The notes below the pieces were generated by a model that saw only the letters and a list, made by a program, of their open reading frames with translations, did not search any database and was not told where the DNA came from. A DNA stretch of 64,000 nt, from the NCBI GenBank assembly GCA_023389195.1, contig JAEWET010000020.1, forward strand, positions 33,059-97,058. The letters run 5' to 3'. This document shows, piece after piece, positions 55,425 through 64,000 of the stretch. Position 1 is the first letter of the stretch. Each line of letters starts with the position of its first letter. The position numbers were made by a program, and so were the translations under genes. The stretch comes from Pseudomonadota bacterium (lineage in GTDB: Bacteria > Pseudomonadota > Alphaproteobacteria > Rhizobiales > Rhizobiaceae).

Positions 55425-56288
55425 TTATACTGCAAGGTCCAGCCATAGCGGCAGGTGGTCCGAGCCTTGTGCGTCGATATCGACATGGGATGAAGCAAGA
55501 TGGGCGGCGAGGGTGGCCGTGACGAATGCGTAGTCGATGCGCTTATGACGCGCAGCGTCTGTCGGTCGTTCCGGATCGACCCAGCTATGCGATTCCGATT
55601 TGAGGTGCGCTGCCGCGTCCACGAACTTGTCCGCCACCAGCGGCAGACCAAACTCGTGGTCGATGCTGCCGGTCATTTCGAGATATTCGGGCGAGCCGGG
55701 GAGCATGTTGAAATCGCCCATCAGCACTGCGCTTTCGGGTCGCGGCGGTTCGGGGAAGCCCATTTCCGCGACGCCGGTCAGGCCGCCACCTTCATGCGGG
55801 TAGGCAAGGACGCGTTCCATCAGGTGCCGGATTTGCATCAGCCGTTCGTCGGGCGAGCGATGGTCGAGATGGGTCGAATAGAACCGGATCGGGCCGAGCG
55901 GTGTGTCGACCAGGGTCTCCAGCGCGCTGCGCTGGAAATTCATCTTCGCGATCGAGCGCCGGCGCGGCAGGAGAAGGTTGCGCGAGGCGAGGATCGGCGT
56001 TTTCGACAGGATCATGTTGCCAAACTGGAAGCGCAGATCATGCGCCTTTCCGTCCTTCACATGCGAGCCCATGTCGATCTCGAAGGAGGGGCCGTAGACG
56101 GAGAAATGATCCGGCAGCAAGGCGCGGATTTCGGCCGGCATGTCGCGGCCCTGATTGCTGGGGTTGTTGCGCGAGACCTCCTGCAGCGCGATCAGGTCGG
56201 CGCCGCGCACGGCGTCGACGATGCGCGCAATGTCGTATTCCTTGTCCAGACCGATACCGTACTGGATGTTGTAGGACACGCATTTCAT
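55425..56288 (-). CDS. endonuclease/exonuclease/phosphatase (EEP) family protein
   Basis: The N-terminus is MKCVSYNIQYGIG...ADLIALQEV and the C-terminus is GSDHLPLWLDL. Confidence 0.8.
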   Translation of the reverse strand: MKCVSYNIQYGIGLDKEYDIARIVDAVRGADLIALQEVSRNNPSNQGRDMPAEIRALLPDHFSVYGPSFEIDMGSHVKDGKAHDLRFQFGNMILSKTPILASRNLLLPRRRSIAKMNFQRSALETLVDTPLGPIRFYSTHLDHRSPDERLMQIRHLMERVLAYPHEGGGLTGVAEMGFPEPPRPESAVLMGDFNMLPGSPEYLEMTGSIDHEFGLPLVADKFVDAAAHLKSESHSWVDPERPTDAARHKRIDYAFVTATLAAHLASSHVDIDAQGSDHLPLWLDLAV

Positions 56289-56338
56289 CGGTTTCGCCCC
56301 CGCGCCCCTCGCACTTGAGCGCGCAATGGGCTAGATGA

Positions 56339-57415
<1,077 letters not shown>

Positions 57416-57420
57416 GCGCG

Positions 57421-58548
57421 ATGAAGGCGCTATCGTCTCACCGCCGCATCACGGTCAAGATCGGCTCGGCTCTTCTCGTCGACCGCGCGAGCGGGTTGAA
57501 GCGGGAATGGCTGGCCTCGCTTGCGGAGGATATTGGCAAACTGGCGGCAGACGGCTGCGAGGTTCTCGTCGTTTCCTCTGGAGCCATCGCGCTCGGCCGC
57601 AACATTCTGGGCCTCGGGCGGCGTGCCTTGCGGTTGGAGGAAAGCCAGGCGGCGGCGGCTGCCGGGCAGATCGCGCTTGCGGGTGCCTGGGCCGAGGAAT
57701 TGGGCCGCGTCGGGCTCAAATCCGGGCAGGTGCTCGTCACGCTCGGCGACACCGAGGAGCGGCGCCGCTATCTCAATGCCCGCGCGACGATCTCGACGCT
57801 TCTGAAGCTCAACGCGGTTCCCGTCATCAACGAGAACGACACGGTCGCGACCTCAGAAATCCGCTACGGCGACAACGACCGGCTCGCCGCGCGCGTCGCC
57901 ACCATGATGGGCGCGGACCTGCTCGTGCTTCTCTCCGACATCGACGGGCTCTACACCGCGCCGCCGCAACTCGATCCCGGCGCGACGTTCATCCCCCATG
58001 TCGAGGCGATCACGCCGCAGATCGAGGCGATGGCGGGCGCGGCCGCGTCCGAACTCTCGCGCGGCGGGATGCGCACCAAGATCGATGCCGGCAAGATCGC
58101 GACGGCTGCGGGAACCGCGATGATCATCACCTCCGGCGCGCGGCAGAACCCGCTTGCCGCGATCGATGCCGGCGAGCGGTCGACCTATTTCGAGGCGAGC
58201 GCCCATCCGGTGCGCGGCTACAAGACGTGGATCGCGGGCCAGCTTGAGCCGGCGGGCCGCATCACCGTCGATGCGGGCGCGGTGCGGGCGCTCGGCCAGG
58301 GCAAGTCGCTGCTGCCGGCGGGCGTCACGCTCGTCTCCGGCCAGTTCGCGCGCGGCGACACGGTCGCGATCCTGGGGCCAGACGGTGCTGAGGTCGCGCG
58401 CGGACTTGTTGCCTATGACGCAACGGATGCCGTAAAGATCGCAGGATTGAAGACGGCCGAGATCGAGACGGTTCTCGGCTATGAAGCGCGCGCGGCGATG
58501 GTGCATCGGGACGATCTCGTCATGTCCCGCGCGGTGGTTGCAGGATAA
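57421..58548 (+). CDS. proB: glutamate 5-kinase
   Basis: The ATG at 57421 gives [21 protein letters not shown]. It has SSGAIALGR and a C-terminal PUA domain ([13 protein letters not shown]). Confidence 0.95.
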   Translation: MKALSSHRRITVKIGSALLVDRASGLKREWLASLAEDIGKLAADGCEVLVVSSGAIALGRNILGLGRRALRLEESQAAAAAGQIALAGAWAEELGRVGLKSGQVLVTLGDTEERRRYLNARATISTLLKLNAVPVINENDTVATSEIRYGDNDRLAARVATMMGADLLVLLSDIDGLYTAPPQLDPGATFIPHVEAITPQIEAMAGAAASELSRGGMRTKIDAGKIATAAGTAMIITSGARQNPLAAIDAGERSTYFEASAHPVRGYKTWIAGQLEPAGRITVDAGAVRALGQGKSLLPAGVTLVSGQFARGDTVAILGPDGAEVARGLVAYDATDAVKIAGLKTAEIETVLGYEARAAMVHRDDLVMSRAVVAG

Positions 58549-58558
58549 GGAGAGCATC

Positions 58559-59845
58559 ATGCTCCAGGCGCATGAAGGATCGCGAAACGACGTCGCAGCG
58601 CTGATGGCCGATATCGGCCGCCGCGCGCGGACGGCGGCGCGACCGTTGGCGCTGGCCTCGGCGGAGCGCAAGCATGCGGCGCTGGTGGGCATGGCGCAGG
58701 CCGTTGCGCGGCAGGAGCAGGCGATCTTGTCTGCCAATGCACTCGATATGGCCAATGGTGAAGAGGCCGGGCTGTCGCCTGCGATGCTCGACCGCCTCAA
58801 GCTCGATGCCGGCCGCATCCGCGCGATCGCCGACGGCATCCGCGCGATCGCCGAACTGAGGGACCCGATCGGCGAAATCATCGCCGAATGGGACCGGCCG
58901 AACGGGCTTCACATCGAACGGGTGCGCACGCCGCTCGGCGTCATCGGCGTCATCTACGAAAGCCGCCCGAACGTGACGGCCGATGCCGGCGCGTTGTGCC
59001 TCAAGGCCGGCAATGCCGTCATCCTGCGCGGGGGATCGGATTCGCTCAATTCCTCGCAGGCGATCCACGCCTGCCTCGTCGAAGGCCTGAAGTCTGCCGG
59101 CCTGCCGGGCGACGCGATCCAGCTCGTCCCGACCACGGACCGCGCCGCCGTCGGCGAGATGCTGACCGGGCTGTCGGGCAATCTCGACGTCATCGTGCCG
59201 CGCGGCGGCAAGAGCCTCGTCGGCCGCGTGCAGACGGAAGCGCGGGTGCCGGTGTTCGCGCACCTCGAAGGCATCTGCCATCTCTACATCGACCGCAGCG
59301 CCGATCTCGACATGGCAGTGAAGATAGCCGTCAACGCCAAGATGCGGCGCACCGGCATCTGCGGTTCGGCCGAGACGCTGCTCGTCGACCGGGCAGTGAA
59401 GGACACGCACCTGTTGCCGGTTCTCGAGGCGCTCGATGCGGCCGGCTGCGAAATCCGCGCCGAGGACGAGGTGCGTTCCGTTTTCGCCAAGGCCGTGCCG
59501 GCGAGCAAGGACGACTGGTCGACCGAGTATCTCGACGCGATCATATCCGTGAAGCTGGTCGACGGCGTTTCCGGGGCAATCGACCATATCGAGCACTATT
59601 CCTCGCATCATACCGAGGCGATCGTCGCGAACGATGCGGCGACGGCGGAGCGGTTCTTCAACGAGATCGATTCGGCCATCCTGCTGCACAACGCCTCGAC
59701 CCAGTTCGCCGATGGCGGCGAGTTCGGCATGGGCGCGGAGATCGGCATCGCGACAGGGCGCATGCACGCGCGCGGGCCGGTGGGTGTCGAGCAGTTGACG
59801 TCGTTCAAATATCGCGTGCGCGGGGCCGGACAGGTGCGGCCATAG
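58559..59845 (+). CDS. proA: gamma-glutamyl phosphate reductase
   Basis: The ATG at 58559 follows AAGGAGA. It has [23 protein letters not shown] and CGSAETLLV. Confidence 0.95.
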   Translation: MLQAHEGSRNDVAALMADIGRRARTAARPLALASAERKHAALVGMAQAVARQEQAILSANALDMANGEEAGLSPAMLDRLKLDAGRIRAIADGIRAIAELRDPIGEIIAEWDRPNGLHIERVRTPLGVIGVIYESRPNVTADAGALCLKAGNAVILRGGSDSLNSSQAIHACLVEGLKSAGLPGDAIQLVPTTDRAAVGEMLTGLSGNLDVIVPRGGKSLVGRVQTEARVPVFAHLEGICHLYIDRSADLDMAVKIAVNAKMRRTGICGSAETLLVDRAVKDTHLLPVLEALDAAGCEIRAEDEVRSVFAKAVPASKDDWSTEYLDAIISVKLVDGVSGAIDHIEHYSSHHTEAIVANDAATAERFFNEIDSAILLHNASTQFADGGEFGMGAEIGIATGRMHARGPVGVEQLTSFKYRVRGAGQVRP

Positions 59846-59868
59846 CAGGTTCTGGTCAGTCTGCGCCA

Positions 59869-60030
59869 GGCACCCCCCTCTGCCCTGCCGGGCATCTCCC
59901 CCTCAAGGGGGGAGATCATGCTGTGGCGGTGGGTTCGCCAAGCATTGAACGTCGCAGAACGGGCGCGAGCTTGACGCGAATGATCTCCCCCCTTGGGGGG
60001 GAGATGGCCGGCAGGCCAGAGGGGGGTGCC
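59869..60030. repeat. RIME-like palindromic intergenic mosaic element
   Basis: The arms at 59869-59929 and 59980-60030 are near-perfect inverted copies (ggcacccccctctgccctgccgggcatctccccctcaaggggggagatcat versus atgatctccccccttgggggggagatggccggcaggccagaggggggtgcc). Each arm also holds an internal hairpin, tctcccc...ggggaga. Confidence 0.65.
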
Positions 60031-60035
60031 TCGCG

Positions 60036-60659
60036 ATGAGCCAGACCCCCATCTCCCCAAAACACCTGCGCATGCCGCACGTCGAAAAAGGCATGGCCGT
60101 CGGCCTTTTCGGCGGGTCGTTCAACCCACCGCATGGCGGACATGCACTCGTCGCCGAGATCGCGCTGCGTGCGCTTCGCCTCGACCAGCTCTGGTGGATC
60201 GTGACGCCCGGCAATCCGCTGAAGGCCGGGCGCGAGGCGTTGCCGCTGTCCGAGCGCATCGCGCTGTCCGAAACGCTGACTGAGAATCCCCGCATCAAGG
60301 TCACCGCATTCGAAGCCGGGTCGGCGATCCGCTACACGGCCGACGTGATCGACCATGTGACGACGCGCAATCCCGGCGTCGATTTCGTCTGGATCATGGG
60401 AGCCGACAATCTGCGCGATTTTCACCTCTGGCAGCGCTGGCGCGAGATCGCGCGGACCGTGCCGATCGCGGTGATCGACAGGCCGGGCGCGACGCTTGCA
60501 TTCCTGTCGTCGAAGATGGCGCAGACCTTCAGCCGCTCTCGCGTCGACGAAAGCGATGCGGCCACGCTCGCGCGCACCCGGCCGCCGGCCTGGACCTTCA
60601 TCCACGGTCCGCGATCCTCGCTTTCCTCCACCGCCATCCGCTCGGCCGAACGATCGTGA
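60036..60659 (+). CDS. nadD: nicotinate-nucleotide adenylyltransferase
   Basis: VGLFGGSFNPPHGGHALV is the HxGH motif. The start is uncertain (60036, 60072 or 60093) because the repeat element ends at 60030. Confidence 0.9.
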   Translation: MSQTPISPKHLRMPHVEKGMAVGLFGGSFNPPHGGHALVAEIALRALRLDQLWWIVTPGNPLKAGREALPLSERIALSETLTENPRIKVTAFEAGSAIRYTADVIDHVTTRNPGVDFVWIMGADNLRDFHLWQRWREIARTVPIAVIDRPGATLAFLSSKMAQTFSRSRVDESDAATLARTRPPAWTFIHGPRSSLSSTAIRSAERS

Positions 60660-60845
60660 TTGGATCGTGTCTTCGCGTGTCTTGAAACCTTAACGGGACT
60701 CTGCCTATCTATAGTGCGGGCAAGATCATCGGATTCGAATTCACGGACCGACATTAGATCGCCCCACTGTTGTTCTTGATCGAAAGGAAAAACGCTGAGA
60801 ACAGCACTCCAAGGGAAGGCCGAACACGTGCCTTCGTCGTCCGGG

Positions 60846-61205
60846 ATGACCCGCATGGTCGAGCCGTCCCAGATCCTGAACTCGGTCCTTGCCAGTCTGG
60901 AAGACTCCAAGGCCGAAAACATTGTCCCCATCGACATTCAGCGCAAGTCCAGCCTCGGCGACTTCATGGTCGTCGCGTCGGGCCGCTCCCATCGTCATGT
61001 CGCCGCCGTCGCCGATCATCTGATCAAGGCGGTCAAGGAGGCAGGGCTGGGTACGCCGCGCGTGGAGGGCCTGGCCAGTGCGGACTGGGTGCTCGTCGAT
61101 ACGGGCGACATCATCGTGCACATCTTCCGGCCCGAGGTGCGTGAGTTCTACAACATCGAAAAGATGTGGCAGGCTCCCGATCTCGACGACGAGACCGTGC
61201 ACTAG
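60846..61205 (+). CDS. rsfS: ribosome silencing factor RsfS
   Basis: DSKAENIVPIDIQRKSSLGDFMVVASGRSHRHVAAVADHL...DWVLVDTGDIIVHIFRPEVREFYNIEKMW. The ATG at 60846 lies within the track ORF that starts with GTG at 60828. Confidence 0.9.
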   Translation: MTRMVEPSQILNSVLASLEDSKAENIVPIDIQRKSSLGDFMVVASGRSHRHVAAVADHLIKAVKEAGLGTPRVEGLASADWVLVDTGDIIVHIFRPEVREFYNIEKMWQAPDLDDETVH

Positions 61206-61288
61206 GCCGCGGGCGTAGACCTCCGCCGGCTCGAAATGCCCGCATCCGGCGGGGATCGACATGTTCGGCTTGAAACCGGAGCGCCCGC

Positions 61289-61768
61289 TTGCGCCTCTCC
61301 ATACATGCTGTCGGCCGCATGAAGGCCGGGCCCGAACGCGACCTCGTTGCGCGCTATCTCGACCGCCTCGCCAAGACGGGCTCCGCCGTCGGCATGGAAT
61401 TTTCCGGCGTCACGGAGATCGCGGAGAGCCAGGCGCGCAGTGCCGAGCAACGCATGCGCGAAGAAGCCGAAAGGCTCGAAGGTACATTGGGCGACGCCGC
61501 CCTGGTGCTTCTCGACGAGCGCGGCAAGAACATGACGTCGCCGGCCTTCGCCGGCTATCTGTCGCGCCACATCGATGGCGGGCGCAAGGCGATGGTCGTC
61601 GCGATCGGCGGTGCCGACGGGCATGATCCGGCCCTGCGCGGCAAGGCTGACCTGCTCCTGTCCTTCGGGGCACTGACATGGCCGCATCAGCTCGTGCGGG
61701 TGCTTCTTGCCGAACAGCTCTACCGCGCCTCGACCATCCTTTCGAACCATCCCTACCACCGGATCTGA
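61289..61768 (+). CDS. rlmH: 23S rRNA (pseudouridine1915-N3)-methyltransferase RlmH
   Basis: TTG start, then (M)RLSIHAVGRMKAGPERDL...LLDERGKNMTSPAFA...VVAIGGADGH...LSFGALTWPHQLVRVLLAEQLYRA. Confidence 0.9.
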   Translation: MRLSIHAVGRMKAGPERDLVARYLDRLAKTGSAVGMEFSGVTEIAESQARSAEQRMREEAERLEGTLGDAALVLLDERGKNMTSPAFAGYLSRHIDGGRKAMVVAIGGADGHDPALRGKADLLLSFGALTWPHQLVRVLLAEQLYRASTILSNHPYHRI

Positions 61769-61837
61769 CATGGTTGATCGTTCCTTAACGATCGCGCCCC
61801 AGGATCGGCATCGACGATTCGGGTTGGACGGAATTCA

Positions 61838-63157
61838 GTGCGGCAGCTTTCGACGATTGGCAGGACGGGCGGCCTTGCATTGGCATTAATGATGCTGTGC
61901 CAGTTCGCCTCGCCGTCGCTGGCGAGCCCGGAAGCCGACGACATCGCGGCGATGGAGCTTCGGCACGCGCAGTCGACCGACGAATATAAGGAAATCCAGT
62001 CGCAGATCGCGCTGACGAGCGAGCGGCTGTCGGAACTGGAAGTCGAGATCGAGGCCGTGCGCAAGGACCACACCGCGCTTTCGGCCGCGCTGGTTCAGGC
62101 GGCCAAGACGGAGCGCAAGCTTCAGCAGGATATCGAGGACATCGCCGCCCGGCTGGACGGGATGCGGCACCAGGAAGACCGGCTGCGCTTATCGCTCGGC
62201 GAGCGGCGTGAATTGCTGGGCGAGGTTCTGGCTGCGCTGCAGCGCATGGGCCTCAACCCGCCGCCCGCAATCCTGGTGCAGCCGGAGGATGCGCTCGCCT
62301 CCGTTCGCAGCGCCATCCTGCTCGGCTCGGTCGTACCGGAAATGCGCCACGAGACAGCCGAACTCCTCGCCGACCTCAAGGAATTGTCGTCGCTGAAGGC
62401 GTCGATCGAAGGCGAGCGCGCGCGCCTCTTTCGGACCGTCGCCGATCAGGCCGGCGAAAAACATCGGCTGGCGGGCCTGATCTCGGAAAAGCAGAAGCTC
62501 GAAGAGCAGTCGGCGGCCGATCTCGCCGAGCAACAGGCGCGCTCCGAGGAGATGGCCGGGCGGGCGGGAACGCTCCAGGACCTGATCGCTTCACTGGAAA
62601 GTGACATTTCGGGCGCGCGCGACGCGGTGGAAGAGGCTGCGAAGGCGGCAGAGGAAGCGCGGCGCCAGCTACCCCCCGCACGGGAGCCGAACCTCGCCGC
62701 CAGCCTTCCCTTCGAGGCCCTCAAGAATCAGGTCGCATTGCCGGTTTTCGGCCAGATCGGACAGCGCTTCGGCGAGTCGGACGCGGCTGGAAGGCCCCTC
62801 ATGGGCGACATGGTTAAAACACATTCGGGCGCAATCGTCACGGCTCCGGCGGCCGGGGCCGTTCTCTATGCGGGGCCGTTCAGATCCTATGGACAACTCT
62901 TGATCCTGAATGTGGGCGAGGGCTATCATGTCGTCCTGGCGGGATTGGGTCGGGTGAGCGTGTCGCTCGGCCAGACCCTGATGGCGGGTGAGCCGGTCGG
63001 AGCCATGGGAGAGGCGAGGGTGGCAAGCACTGCCGCCTTCGGGAGTACGAACAACGGCCCGGAACTCTACGTGGAGTTCCGCAGGCAAGGAAAACCCGTC
63101 GATCCCTCACCATGGTGGGCGGAGCGCAGTTCTGGAAGGACAGGAAATGATACGTAG
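61838..63157 (+). CDS. M23 peptidase family murein hydrolase activator (EnvC-like)
   Basis: GTG start and a signal peptide, then long coiled-coil segments. The C-terminal LytM/M23 domain reads GAIVTAPAAGAVLYAGPFRSYGQLLILNVGEGYHVVLAGL...LYVEFRRQGKPVDPSPWW. Confidence 0.8.
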   Translation: MRQLSTIGRTGGLALALMMLCQFASPSLASPEADDIAAMELRHAQSTDEYKEIQSQIALTSERLSELEVEIEAVRKDHTALSAALVQAAKTERKLQQDIEDIAARLDGMRHQEDRLRLSLGERRELLGEVLAALQRMGLNPPPAILVQPEDALASVRSAILLGSVVPEMRHETAELLADLKELSSLKASIEGERARLFRTVADQAGEKHRLAGLISEKQKLEEQSAADLAEQQARSEEMAGRAGTLQDLIASLESDISGARDAVEEAAKAAEEARRQLPPAREPNLAASLPFEALKNQVALPVFGQIGQRFGESDAAGRPLMGDMVKTHSGAIVTAPAAGAVLYAGPFRSYGQLLILNVGEGYHVVLAGLGRVSVSLGQTLMAGEPVGAMGEARVASTAAFGSTNNGPELYVEFRRQGKPVDPSPWWAERSSGRTGNDT

Positions 63158-64000
63158 AATGTCTCTTCTGATTGCCGGTGCGTTGATGGGCGCGTCCGCG
63201 ATGAGCCTCGTCCACGGCGGTGCCGGGACGTCGGCGAACGCGGCCGGCTCCGAGACCTACCGGCAACTGGCGATTTTCGGAGACATCTTCGAACGCGTGC
63301 GTGCCCAGTATGTGACCGAGCCCGAGGACGCAAAGCTGATCGAGAACGCGATCAACGGCATGCTGACCTCGCTCGATCCGCATTCCTCCTATCTGACGCC
63401 CGACGCGGCGCAGGACATGCGCGTGCAGACCCGCGGCGAATTCGGTGGCCTCGGCATCGAGGTGACGATGGAAAACGACCTCGTGAAGGTCATTTCCCCG
63501 ATCGAGGATACGCCCGCCGCTCGCGCAGGCGTCCTGGCAGGCGACTTCATCTCGGCGATCGATGGCGAAGAGGTTCGTGGACTGACGCTCGCCGATGCCG
63601 TCGACAAGATGCGCGGCAAGGTCGATACCTCGATCGAGCTGACGATCCTGCGCGAAGGCGCTTCCGAACCGATCAAGATCGAGATCGTGCGCGACATCAT
63701 CAAGGTGCGTGCGGTGCGTCACCGCGTCGAGGAAGACATCGGCTACATCAAGATCAATTCCTTCACCGAGAAGACGCAGGACGACCTCAATGCCGCGATC
63801 GAGGCGATCAAGGCCGAGATTCCGGATGAGAACCTCAAGGGCTACGTGCTCGACCTGCGTCTCAATCCGGGCGGTCTGCTCGACCAGTCGGTCAGCGTGA
63901 CGGACACGTTCCTCGATCGCGGCGAGATCGTCTCGACCCGCGGCCGGGAGGCATCCAACGTGACGCGCTTCGATTCGCGGCCGGGCGATGCGATCGACGG
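63147..64000 (+). CDS. ctpA: carboxy-terminal processing protease (S41), N-terminal part; the gene runs off the right edge
   Basis: Not in the ORF track because there is no stop. My translation from the ATG at 63147 reads MIRRMSLLIAGALMGASAMSL...FGDIFERVRAQYV...GEFGGLGIEVTMENDLVKVISPIEDTPAARAGVLAGDFISAIDGE...GYVLDLRLNPGGLLDQSV. Confidence 0.85.
   Translation, partial: MIRRMSLLIAGALMGASAMSLVHGGAGTSANAAGSETYRQLAIFGDIFERVRAQYVTEPEDAKLIENAINGMLTSLDPHSSYLTPDAAQDMRVQTRGEFGGLGIEVTMENDLVKVISPIEDTPAARAGVLAGDFISAIDGEEVRGLTLADAVDKMRGKVDTSIELTILREGASEPIKIEIVRDIIKVRAVRHRVEEDIGYIKINSFTEKTQDDLNAAIEAIKAEIPDENLKGYVLDLRLNPGGLLDQSVSVTDTFLDRGEIVSTRGREASNVTRFDSRPGDAID

Overview
High-GC alphaproteobacterial (Rhizobiales-like) chromosome segment in four blocks. 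All domain calls rest on motifs I read in the translations, not on HMM or database searches. GC shifts are visual impressions, not computed. (1) 1-21.3 kb is the right-hand part of a lambda-like prophage. It holds portal, gpW, terminase large and small subunits and a ParB-DNA methylase. It also holds a tightly coupled minus-strand recombination/replication operon, a cI/LexA-type repressor and a large-serine-recombinase integration module. (2) 21.3-26.4 kb is a visibly AT-richer accessory block. It holds a PUA/EVE-like-HNH nuclease, a secreted thermonuclease and a two-gene DUF4238/SEC-C operon. (3) 26.4-52.0 kb is an integrative island bounded by a 14-bp direct repeat that equals the 3' end of tRNA-Ser(CGA). 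Its core is a P4-type tyrosine integrase, two AlpA regulators, an AEP primase/ATPase and an iteron array. Its cargo is a WYL-regulated cassette at 33.5-48.4 kb. The cassette encodes an SNF2 helicase with a PD-(D/E)XK domain, a 1409-aa sacsin-type GHKL ATPase, a DUF1156 DNA methyltransferase and a HEPN-DUF499 ATPase. This cassette is the best candidate for a non-canonical or undescribed defence system. The DUF4238/SEC-C pair is second. (4) 52.0-64 kb is conserved core: tRNA-Ser, rplU-rpmA, obg-proB-proA, nadD-rsfS-rlmH, an M23 EnvC-like gene and ctpA, plus a RIME-like palindromic intergenic element. I found no rRNA genes and no CRISPR arrays. Many long ORFs in the track are antisense shadow ORFs typical of high-GC DNA.
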